This document shows positions 43,300-55,351 of a stretch of DNA of 64,000 bases, in pieces. The translations under genes were made by a program, and so were the position numbers. Numbering within the stretch: position 1 is the stretch's first letter; the number at the start of each line of letters is the position of its first letter. The notes below the pieces were generated by a model. It made no database searches, was not told the origin of the DNA, and saw only the letters and a list, made by a program, of their open reading frames with translations. This DNA comes from Geosiphon pyriformis uo1 (Eukaryota; Fungi; Glomeromycota), in assembly GCA_016748015.1 (NCBI GenBank), contig JAAOMT010000675.1, positions 124,001 through 188,000 of the forward strand, read 5' to 3'.

Positions 43300-45425
43300 C
43301 TTTTAAACTATTTTTTATTTTTAAATACTTTAATTTTTAATAATCTTAATTATATAAATAAAATTTTTATTAATTAAAATAAATTATTTTAAAAACTAAT
43401 AAATTAATTTTATAATTATTTATTACAGTCTAAATAATTATAATTAGATTAATATTATATTGTTAAACTTAAATAAAGATAGAATAATTGTTTTTTTAAA
43501 AGTATTTATAACTTTTTTTTAATAATATGTATTTTTTTTAATTATTATCAAAATTAATTATTTAAATTTTAATATTAAAAATTTGGATTTAAAACTAAAA
43601 TTCTAAATAAAAATATAATACATAATATGAATTAAAATTGTATTTTTTTGGTTTAATATTCAAATAAACACATAATAGTTAGATTTATAAATAAGTTATT
43701 TGTTAATTTACATATTTACATAATAAAAACATTACATAAAAAGACTGTTAATTATAATAAAAAATATTTATATAATATTATATACTTAAATATTTTGTGT
43801 TTATTTTATAATAAAATAAAATTTTCAAATTATGTATTTATTTATAAGTTAAATAAAATTAATTAATATCTATATTTATTAGGTTTTTATTTAAGATAAA
43901 TTTATTATTATTATTATTATTTTTATAGTTTTTGTTTTTGTATATTTTTAATAATAGTTTGTATACAATAATATATAAAACTTTATTTTTAAGAAATAAT
44001 TTGTTAAAATATTAAAATTATTATATTTATTTTTATAAAATTTATATATAATTTAATAATAGTTTTTAATTATAAAATATAAGTTAAAATATAAAGTTAA
44101 TATAAAAAAAAATAACTTAATAATTAAAGATAAAACTATTAATTTATTTAATAAAAACATTATTATTGTTTTATTTAATAATATAATATAATATTATTGA
44201 AGATTTTTCTACTTTTTTTTTAATGTTATTAATATTGTTTTGTTGTTAATTTTGTTGCTAATAAAAATTAATAAATTTTTAATAAGCTAATTTTTTTTAA
44301 TGTATTTTTTAATACTTTAGACTATATATACTATTGAACTTATGATAAAATAGACAATTTTATGTTAATTATTTATGTAATTATTTTACAATAAAAATCA
44401 ACTTTTTTATAAAAAAATCTTATTTGTAAGCTTTTCAAATAATATGTAGTTACTTTGTTGTAAAAATTAATTTTTTTGCAAAAAATCTTAATTATAAGCC
44501 AATAAATAAAATAAAAAAAAATAAAAAAAATAAAAAAATATATTAAGAAAGTTATTTAAGATTCAGATTTAAATGTTATTAATAGTTATTAAAATTAATA
44601 TCAAAATATTAGTTTTAAAAAATTATTTTTAAATATTTAATATTTAAAAATTTTGGGTTTTTAAGATGATTTTATTAAGTAATTTATAATAGTTAATTAT
44701 TAATTCAAAAGTAAAATATCTTAAATAAAAATTAATTTTAAAAAAATATTTAAATGGAAATATATTTTCTTAAAAAAAAAAAAATTTTTTTTATACAATT
44801 TATTATACTATTTTATGATTTAACACTTTTTTTTCTAATATTTTAATATACTAAATATATATTTTAATATACTAAATATATATTTTAATAAACTATAAGT
44901 TATTTTTATAATTACAAAAATATTTTAATAAATTATTAAATATTTTGTTAAATTTCTAAATATTTCAACAAATTTTGAATATTATATAATTTAATATATT
45001 ATATAATTTAATTATTACAATTTGGTTATATTTGTGTTTTATATAAATTGAGTTATTAATAAAATAATAATTTGGTTAATTTGATAAGATAATAAATAAT
45101 AAGTTAAAATAATAATATATACTTATTAATAATAGAAATTATAAAAATAATTTTATGCTAAATAATATCTTAAATTTCTGCTAATAATAATAGTTATTTG
45201 GTATTATTAAAACATTTAATATAAGTTTTGACTTGTTTAATTATTGGTTTTTTCTGGTTTAAATAATAATATTAAGATTATAATAAACATATAATATTGT
45301 TTTAATTGGTTTAAATATTTGATTACATATAAAAAATATGTAATCAAATATTTAATTTAGAATACTTAGATATTATATTATATTAAATAATAATTAGATT
45401 TTATTTATTAAATAATAATAATAAA
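43300..45425 (+). mobile_element. Ghost LINE 3' portion interrupted by a solo LTR
   Basis: Ghost zinc finger at 43791-43845. After the LTR, 45190-45425 continues with the ORF2 end (ttattggttttttctggttt) and the 3' UTR (gattacatataaaaaatatgtaatc). Start approximate. Confidence 0.6.
44192..45189 (-). mobile_element. Degraded solo LTR of the Gypsy family
   Basis: Collinear with 16234-17050 plus 23831-23975 and with the reverse complement of 57489-58458. Flanks ATAA/ATAG are a probable 4-bp TSD with one G>A change. Confidence 0.82.
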
Positions 45426-47220
45426 AATTTTAAAGCAATAGACTATAAAAGTAAAAAAATTTTATTTTTATTTTTTATATTAAAATTAATAATATTAAAT
45501 AAAAAATTATCAAGTTATTTATATTAATTTTTTTATTTTTAATTTATTATTAATTATATAACTATTATTAAATATCAAAGTTTTTTTATTTTATTCTTAA
45601 AATTAGTATTTATGTTTTTAAATTGTTTTGTATCAGCCAAAAAATTATTTAAAGATTTGTTTAAAAACATATTTATCTTATTATTTAAGTTTTTAATATT
45701 TTTAATAACTTTTATATAAAAATACTATTAATAAAATCATAAATAACTTTTTTTATCAATTTTTTTAGTTATAATACTGCTAATAACAATTATTAAATTT
45801 CTATAAATAAATTAATATTTTATAAAATGGTTAAAAAAATAAAGCAAAAACAAAAAACTGTTTTTTTTTAAAAAATTTAAGAAAAAGTTTTATTGTTTTT
45901 TATAATCTTAAAAAAATATTTTTAAAACCAAATTAATAAATTATTTTAATTATATAATATAATTAATTAGATTTATAATTAAATTAATTTATTTTTTTGT
46001 TAATTAATTTATAATATTGTAAAAATATGTTAATTTTAATTTTACAAAAACTGAATTTAATATAAAAAATTTTAATTGTAAAAAGTATTAAAATTTTAAT
46101 TATTTGGTCTTAAATTGTAAAATTGGTTTTTTAAAAAAACTTTAATATATATATTGTTTTAATTTAATATATTGTAAATAAGTATAATATTACAAAAAAA
46201 CTTGTATTTTGTTATATTTTATATTAATATTTTTAAAACTTAAGTTGTATAATTTTAAGTGATTAAATCATACTTATTATCATAAATAAAAAAAAATAGA
46301 TATGTATTTTGTATGTAAATTATAAAAAAATTATATTTAATAAAGCAAAAAATATTTTATAATAAAATATAATAATTTTAAAAAACTTAATTTTGATATT
46401 ATTATTTGAAATTTGAAATTTGTGTTTTACAATATTAATAATTAAATAAATACTAACTTAAAAATATTGTTTATTTTTTTAAATATAAAATCATGTTTTA
46501 TAAATTAAATATTATTAAATTGTTCAAAAAAAATTTTTGCTAATATTTGTTTAAACATATTTTTATTAATTAATACTTTTTTGTTAAAATAATATGTAAT
46601 TTTAATATTTGTTTTACAATTAAATTATTTTTATGAATACTTGAAAAGTTCATCAACGTTTCATATTTCCAGAAAGAGTATAGAATACATTTTAATAATT
46701 ACGGATTGGGGAAGCAGCCCTCCAACTCTTACATATCTGAAATCCTTAAATGGGTTTCAATAACTTGACCATTTTTGATTTCTTCTATTAAATTGCAGAC
46801 CAGGGCAATTTCCCAGAGTTAATGGGTTTACGATGAAATAATCAAGAAACGGAAACATAGGTGTCAAATTTTTTGAAATTTCTGTGATTTATTACAATGA
46901 TAACAACATCATCTGCGATGAAGTTATATTTTTCCTGGTCAGCTATACAAAGTTTACTACATGATACAAAATTAAAGGAAATAAAGATATTGATAAGCGA
47001 GCAAAATTTTCTTGGCTACTGTATGCAAAGGGTGAAAAAAAGTAGTAGAAATAAAAGTGATAGAATACGGTGAACAATTAACGCTCGACAGAAAGTTGGG
47101 GAGGCTGGGGTCCGAAAGAGTCTATGGGCGCGTTACTGTATGTGTACGAGTGTCCATGAATGAAATGAAAACCCAGAATTTCAACCAATTTCGGAACAAA
47201 AATTGCCTTTTTAATTCAAT

Positions 47221-47580
47221 TCACCGTACAGAGATATCAAAGAAACCAGAGAAAGGTGCATTGTTTCCGTCACTGCTATTACTACTGGATGAACCATTTG
47301 CAGGCATATTTACAATATTCCCGCTATTTGGATCAACGATTGGTATCGATTTTGTCACTTTTGTAGGCGTCATTAGACCAACGGGTGCCGCTAACGCTTG
47401 AAACGCAAGAGAAGTGGGAGAGCTGGCGTATTAAAAAGGTATCCAGACCGGGAAAATAATGATGAAGAGATTGAAACTGATGTGTTAGAGCTAGAGGATC
47501 TCGGGGTACCATTGGACTTTATAGGGGAAATATTAAGTGTAATTTTTTATTTGGTCGAGTCAATAATGGGAATGGCTCGC
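47221..47580 (-). pseudogene. Tandem, disabled duplicate of the last 364 coding bases of the adjacent gene
   Basis: Starts directly after the gene's TGA; reads RAIPIIDSTK* (in-frame stop), has a 1-nt deletion, and ends with the same DISVR* sequence. Confidence 0.85.
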
Positions 47581-48360
47581 TCACCGTACAGATATATCAC
47601 TAAAGTAACCCTGAAAACGTGGCGCATTGTTTCCATCACTGCTAATACTACTGGATGGACCGTTTGCAGGCATATTTACAATATTCCCGCTACTTGGATC
47701 AACGATTGGTATCGATTTTGTTCCTTTTGTAGGTGTCATTAAACCAGCGGATGATGTTAAGGTTTGATAGGGAAGATTTGGGGAAAAGCTGCCGTATGAA
47801 AAAGGGGATCCAGGCCGAGAAAAAAAGGGTGAAGAAATCGAAACTGATGCGTTAGAGCTAGACGAATTTGGTGTATTATTCGACTTGATAGGAGAAATGT
47901 TAAGTGGAGTTTTATTGGCTGGGTCAATAATAGGAATAGCTCTCTTTGGTTGAGGAGGTGTGACGTTGGGTTTCATCACCCTCAGGGAAGCTTTACGTCT
48001 AAATTCAGCAAGCTACAAAAACAACACAAAAAAGGTTAGGAACATATTAAAAGAAATTAACTTTTCAAAAGAGCATAAGCTTTATAATAGTCTCTGATTT
48101 TCCCTATAAAAATCCCTAGACTACACAAAGTTTGAACTACCTCCTCAACAGAGAGCGAAGGACAAAACTCAAGGTCATCATCGAAGCCTCTAGCAGCTTC
48201 CTGCCGACTTCTATAGTGTTCCAAACGCTGAGCTATATAAAGATTATATAAATTTAGTAACAACTAAGATTAATAACTTAAGAGTGTCGTCCTGGAATAA
48301 AAATATGCGTGAGAGTTATGAGCAAAATATACCTTGCACAACGTCTTCTAGCTGAGCCAT
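47581..48360 (-). CDS. Small Ser/Pro-rich fungal protein, DUF4452-like, 3 exons
   Basis: MAQLEDVVQ/AQRLEHYRSRQEAARGFDDDLEFCPSLSVEE/LAEFRRKASLRVMKPNVTPPQPKRAIPIIDP...KSIPIVDP...DISVR*. The FxDDLEFCP and AIPIxxP motifs are recalled from DUF4452; the family assignment is unverified. Confidence 0.75.
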
Positions 48361-49725
48361 TACTATGGAAGGCAATTGAATTGTTGATAAATTGGTGGAA
48401 ATTTTAAAAGTGAAAGAGATCTTGTATGTTTGAATAGAGGCTTTTGGAAACCAAAGAAAATACCAGCTCACCTACGAGAAAGCTGATAAAATATTCGAAG
48501 TGATACAATTGCTTGTTATATATAGGGCAAGAAATGATTTTAGTACAATAACTAAAAAGACGGTTTGGTTTTAGATAGTAGTATTTGAAGATAATTCTGG
48601 GGGTACCCCAACGACTACTCTGAAGTTTAAGGGAGATAAACTTTGCCCCTTTATTTTTTTTACACATCCTCGTAGTTTAAGTTCCTCTCTATTATACAAA
48701 TTGTTGATTATTGATGTTTATCATCATCGCCCGAAATCAATCATGATTTGATCTTCTGTTTCGATTTTCTGTCAGAATTGCTAATCAGGACCACTTTTCA
48801 CAGCCTTATTGTTTTTTAATCCAGATGCAAAGATAGGTCATTTTCTTCCCTTTATCGAATTCGAAATATTAACCTAAACAACTCTGATCCCTCATTTTAC
48901 GACTTAAAACTCCTTCTTGTGTGTGAAAAATAGGACGATAGGTTCTCGTTCATTCTATCGCATTTCACAAAGTGAAGTAGGACAAGGGTACTAACTCCAC
49001 TTACCATAAGGGAATTTTCTAATCTTCTCATTGGTTCTTTTTCGCCCGTTTGCCGCGCAAAATGTTTTGACCGAATCTCAAAAAAATGTATGTAATACTT
49101 TTATTTCCTGATACAAAGAACACCTAATATTAAGGCCTTTATGTTTAAATGGCGCTTATTTGTTCTAATTTTATCGTGGTAATTTTTATTGACGACTTGG
49201 AAAGAAGTAGATTTTTGTTTTATTTTTAGTAAAGTTTTTTGCATCGAAAACACTATAACCCGATTATGAACTTTTACGCCTTAGAACTTGTTGCCCTGAG
49301 CAGCAAATGTATCAAACCAACTGGGAATGTGGCTTTTAAAATATTAGTTGTCTTTATATCCTTAAATAAATTATTTAGAAAAAGAGAAAAACTACCCGAA
49401 CTGTTTCGTAGGGTAAAAAGGGAATTTGTCTTCTTTTATTGCACCTGTTGTTTCCAGAGAAACTCTCCTTGGACATTATGCAAGATCTTTCACAGATCAT
49501 CAATAGGCAGACCAGCAGTTGATCGCTCATGATATGTCGAATTAATTTCTAATTTTTAAGGTTTGGGAACCGATTATTGCAACGATTCACAAAAATTTGG
49601 GCCCCTTTTTGGATTTAATAGCTGCCTCATAAGAGGTTAAAAAGTCTAAAAGAAATTAATTTGTGTTTCTTGTTTCATAATAATAATAATAATCATCATC
49701 ATCATCACTTGTTTAAAAAGACAAG

Positions 49726-50313
49726 ATGGCCCAAAGTTCGAATGTCATTGGATCCTTAGTGTTTTGCCCTCACTGTGGCAGCTTGCTTCAATTTGAACTT
49801 GAAAACCAACTTTTGTATTGTGACGTGTGCAATTACTCACAAAATTCTTCGGGTATTGAGTAACTCTGAAGTGGACTTTAGAATTTGACCGAATTAAACG
49901 CGATTTAATATTTTTCTCCTAGATTTTCAAGATCTGGTTGTTCATACGAGAAGTTCTCCAAAAACTTTTAATTCAATACTGAAAGAGAAAAGATCCAAGA
50001 TAAATCAATTTCAAAACCAAGAAGACGAAGGTGCAACGGTAACATTAATTTAGCCTTTTCTGAGTCACATGTCAATCTAATTTTTCACAAATTCAATTTG
50101 CAAAGATCAAGGAAAAATGTCCAAGCTGTGGACATGATGAAATGAACTTTCATACAATGCAACTTCGTTCAGCTGATGAAGGTCAAACAATTTTTTATCA
50201 CTGTCGAAAGTGTGGGTAAGAAAGAATAATGCTGTTTAATCATCGTGAACCGATAATACTAAATGCCAGTTATTTTTTTTTTTGACAGTTATAAATACTC
50301 GCTCAATTCTTGA
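49726..50313 (+). CDS. RPA12: RNA polymerase I subunit Rpa12, 4 exons
   Basis: [13 protein letters not shown]...CDVC zinc ribbon; [47 protein letters not shown]. Confidence 0.95.
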
Positions 50314-50336
50314 TGATATATCGCAAGATTCGCATT

Positions 50337-51423
50337 TTATTTTTCACCAAATATTGAAAAATTATGAGAATCTTTTTTAGCTTTAATTGCACGGTATTGT
50401 TCCAAAACTCTTGCTCTTTCAACTTCTAGAATTCGTTTTGATGCTACACTTATAATCTGTTTCTTTCCTTGATTCTTTTTATTGCTTCCTGGGAGTTTAA
50501 ATTCGGAGGGATTTTGGAGTAACTAAATGAAGAGAAGAATGTTCAACTTTAACGCAGCTATCATCAGACAATATTATGCAAGGTCATACGGAACATAACT
50601 CAATTTACCTGATCTTCATTAATTCTTCGCTGCTTTGGGATTGCAGTGATTGACGGTGGTGCTTGTACCACTTCACCAAATTTAATATGATCTTGAAATG
50701 AATGGAAATCTTTGGCCTTCAAGTCCTCCTCTATTTCAATTTTTTTCTTTTTTTGTTTTTGCTTGAGCCTTTCAAGATACCTTTCATTTGGGAAAATAAA
50801 GTGAGGATCTTCATTTTTTTATTCCTTAGAATCCATCGCCTACCTTTTTTTCTTAATTTTCGTGGAGGTCCCTTCTTTTATAGGCCTTAATATATTTGAT
50901 CCTATTTTATCGTCGACGCGTCTACGCAATCGCCAGAAATTCCTCTTTATTGAGTTATATTGACAATTTGTTATCTATCAAGGAAATTATTTTTCTTCTA
51001 AAAACTTTACCTCCTAAATTTCAACAAATCTTTGCCATTCATCCTTTGAAAGGAAACAGACTCTTTTGTTCCCCGCTGGTTGAATAGTTATAAGTAAATA
51101 TTTAATTCAAGGAAGAGGCTAAAGAAAAATAATGCCTTGCCTACCAAGGAACCTTCGTTAGGATTGTCATGACCGGGTTGTGAAGTTTTTGCCTCTTTTT
51201 GTTCGTGCTTTTTTTCACGTATTTCTCTAGCACGTAAAACTTGGGTAAACCTTCTTGGTATATCAGGCAATTTATCCATATTTGGCCCATCATCATAACT
51301 TTTAACGAGGATAAGGTTCAAATTCAAAATCCGATTTCTTCAAAAAGTGATTTAAATAAATTCTCACAGTGATGCTTGGTTTCCAAGAATTCGGGCCGAT
51401 CTTTTTTTACGCTTATTAGGCAT
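50337..51423 (-). CDS. CCDC137-like basic coiled-coil protein, 6 exons
   Basis: Spliced product contains DIPRRF, KFRRRVDD, Lys-rich RYLERLKQKQKKKK, DHIKFGEVVQAPP and KRILEVERARVLEQYRAIK, resembling CCDC137. Confidence 0.8.
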
Positions 51424-52429
51424 TTTTAATTTATCGATTATTAAGCAGCAATTTGGGCAGTGATAAACTTTGATGGCAACAAAATTTCTGGGTTTCAGTC
51501 ATTTTTATAATTAATTATTGATGACGTTTCACCAGAATAACATATATAATCAGATTTTCGAGTCCCGAACTCTATTAAGCCAATAAATCAAATTTGTTAA
51601 TTCATGCTACTAATAATTAACAAGTGATAACTGGATGGATTGAATGCTAAAATAGTCAATCATAATCAATCAGTTGGCATAGCTATATTTACATTCATCA
51701 TTACATCTAAGCTCTTTATTTCTGCCACAATGATTACACATTTTGAATATCTAATGTTTTTGATACTAGTATTATAACTATCTTTTGTTAAATTTTAAAA
51801 ATATAAACTAGTCATAAAACAAATTTTTTGGATTTCATTAAGTTTGTTTTATAAAATTGTATTTTTTTGCTAGTGTTTTAATAATGCATAAAATAAAAAT
51901 TCACAAAATTAAAAAATAATTGTAATATAATAAATAAATATTATATTAATTATAATTATATAATTTTAAATTGCTATTATATAATACTTACAATTTATTA
52001 AAATATTATATTTAATTAAAACTAAATTAATAATAATAATAAAATTTATGTAGAAAAATTTAAAAAATAGAATTAATAATTACAACATAAAATTTTTTGC
52101 TTGGTTTTTACAAATATAATATTTTTATATGTTTTAATTAAATATAAATTTAATGTTTTCTCTTATTAATATTAAAGAAAATATTTTTTATTTTCACAAT
52201 ATATATGTTTTTAATGTTTTAACATTTTGTATTTTAAAGTTGTTTGTTTATTTTTTGGTTAATTAAGTAATAAAAATAAAAATATTTTCAATTAAATTAT
52301 ATTTTATTAATAAAAAAAATTGAATTTAAGAAATTTTATGCTATTGTGATTTATTAATATAATTAATTATTTAATAAAATTGGTTAAATCAATTTTAAAG
52401 CTTTTTTTTGAATATAAGTTTAAAACTAA

Positions 52430-54750
52430 AAAATATAATATATTAAACTATGTAATCTAAACTAAATATAAATTATGTATTTTTTATACATAATTAGCTA
52501 CTTAAACCAATTAAAACAATACTATATCTTTATACATACAAAAATTACATTATCAATACTTAAAAAAAATGAACATAATTTATGTAAATTAAAGTTAACA
52601 CTAAAAGTTTTAATAATTCTAAGCAGCTTAACTATATTATTAGAAACATAGAAAAAAGACTAACAACAACCAAAAAATATTATTATTATACAGAATTAGA
52701 TCATTTTTTCTTATAAAAGTCCAATGTTTAAAATAAACAAACCAAATATTATATCTATAAACCAATCTAAAACTACATACAAAATTCATAATCTTACTAT
52801 TAATAATTTTAATATTTTTAAAAAATAAAAAAACTTTACAGAACCAGTTTCTAAAAACAAATTCTTTACACAAAACAAAAAATACAGTAATATTAAATAA
52901 ACACAAAAACAGAAATTAGAATACATATAATAAAAATCTATGCAAATTAGATGATATTTTAGCTGTTGTTTTGTTTGTAAATCCAATTTTTATATGAGAA
53001 TTATAATATTAGACTAGCAATAACCAAATCTAATTTATATTTTCAAGCAGATTATTATTCAAAATTTTAACACCAAATTTAATTTTCCAATAAATATAGT
53101 AGATTATATAAAAAACATCATAAACAAAACATTTTGTATTTTTAAAAACCATTTTATTATTAGTTTTAATATATTATTTATATATATAAGTTAAAAGTAT
53201 TATATTCAAAATAAAACAATATTAACCAAAATATCTATATTCTTATTTTTCAAAATGTTAAAATAATCTCTAACTTTATATTAACTAATACACAAATTTT
53301 TTTTCCTAATAATATTTACAATATAATATTACTTAATCCAATAACAATTATAAAAATCTGATAAAATTAAAACCAATTCTAAATAATATATATTTAAAAT
53401 TATTTAACTGTCAAAAATAATTTCAATTATACAAGAAAAAAAACACATTTTTGAACTAGCATAATAGCTTGCAGCTTAATTATTGTAAAAAAACCAATCT
53501 AAATACTTTAATACTTAAACCAAAATCCAAATTTTCAAAAAAACTACAATAATAGCTTTTATATTAATAGTACTTAGATTGCTTAAAGAATTGTTAATAA
53601 AAACAAAAAAAAAGTTATATAAACCTTAATAAATTAGTCATAAACCAAGTTAAATTTACAAAAATCAAGAATATTTAAAGAATAAAAAACAATATTCAAA
53701 AATAAATTAATACAATAAAAAACCAAGTTACTTAAAAATCAAACAGCAAACTTAAACCAGTTAAAAATAAGATTTCAAAAGTCTAATCTCTTTTAATATC
53801 TAAAAATTTTTAATTGAAAATACTATCTTTTTTATTATATAATTGTTTAACAAAAGCAATTCCAAAATCCTTAAGTAAGTAGAATTTTTCAAAAAAACTG
53901 AGTTATCTAAAATTACAAACATTAAAGTTATCTTAAAATTGAAAAATTAAATATAGAATGCTACCAAACATCAAATTATAACTACAAAAAATAAACTACA
54001 TTAACCAAAAAATTATTTACAAAATTAATCTTAAAATAAATCAGATAACACAAAAAATAATATAAGAACTAACTTAAAATCTGTAAGTTAAGAAATCTAT
54101 AGTTAAACAGCTGGTTTAAAATATTATAAACATTAGAAAAACTTATTACAAAAGTAATTTTGTATTTAGCTTAAATCTGTTTAAAAGTTTTCAAATTACA
54201 TAAAAAAAGATAATAAATTATATTATTTAAAAAATTTAAAAACAAATTAGATTTTAATTTAAAGTTTTTATAGATTAAAGTATTTTATTTATTATATATA
54301 CTACTAAAAACAAAACTAAATTAAGTCTTATAATTAATAATAAAATAAAACATTATTAAGATCAAATATAAAAACTATTTATTAAAAATAATCTTTTTCA
54401 ATATTTTGTTAACAAAAAATTTAATATCTGAATAAGTTTTTGTCAAACTAAGTTTTAATAAAACTTTTTTACCTTTTGTTCTAGTTATAATTATAAAAAT
54501 ATATAAAAAAAAGTATTTTTTAAACTTAAATAATATATTTTTAAACTATAAATAATTACTTAAATTAAAATTAATAAATACTTAATTATTTTTAAATTTA
54601 ATATTTTTTAAAGTTTTTAAAAAATTATTATTTTATTAATAATTTTATTAATAATAATACTATTATAAAAATTTATATTTTTATTATTATTAATATTATA
54701 TTTAATTTTTAACTTATTAATTTTTTTATTTAACTTATTTAACTTATTAA
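52430..54750 (-). mobile_element. Heavily AT-converted LINE (3' UTR to RT region)
   Basis: 52455-52530 matches the 3' UTR. ORF 52640-52906 (VLCKEFVFRNWF...NIWFVYFKH..FIRKNDLI) is homologous to the ORF2 C-terminus (LCKGFVFDDWF...DIWLVRAKHRVFMKRHGLI). Boundaries approximate. Confidence 0.75.
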
Positions 54751-55234
54751 TAAAAGTATAAATTTTTTTTTAATTATAATACAATTATTTTTTAACTTAA
54801 TATATAAAAAAAAATAATAACTTAATAATTAAAATAAACAATAAAACCAAAACAGCCAACTTAAATTCCGAAAAATTTAAACAAAATTAATTAAAAAACA
54901 ATAGTAAAAGCAATTAAAAAAACAGTAATAAAAAAAATTATTAAAACAAAAATTTTTATATAAAACTTAATATTAATAAAACAAGACTCAAATCTTAGAA
55001 TTATTTACAAACTTGAATAAAAACTTTAAAAAAAGACAATAATATTTTATAATTTGCAATCAAATAGTTTAAATTTTAATATTTAAAATAATATTAATAT
55101 TTAAAGATTTTTTATTAAATACAATATTTTTTTAATATATTAGTTTTAATAATAATAGTATTTAAATTTATTTTTAAATTAAAAATAATAATAGCATATT
55201 GTAATTATCTAATAAAATTAATAAAATAAAATAA

Positions 55235-55351
55235 TATTATTAATAGAAATTTGAATTATTAATTAACATAAAATTTTTTTTATAATTTCTATTAATAAGT
55301 AATATATATTATTATTTTAATTTATTACTTATTATTTTATTAAATTATCAA
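55235..55351 (+). mobile_element. 5' 117 bp of another degraded LTR copy, interrupted by LINE copy 4
   Basis: tattattaatagaaatttgaattattaattaacataaaatt...taaattatcaa aligns to tgttaccagtagaattttagccattaattagcatgaaatt...caaattatcaa (57489 onward). Confidence 0.7.

Noticed and set aside
47560-47583. Stop-codon readthrough into the tandem duplicate
   Set aside because: The duplicate is out of frame with the TGA and has its own early stop and frameshift.
47057-47742. Plus-strand ORFs 47057-47401 and 47398-47742
   Set aside because: Antisense shadows of the minus-strand gene and its duplicate; non-ATG starts.
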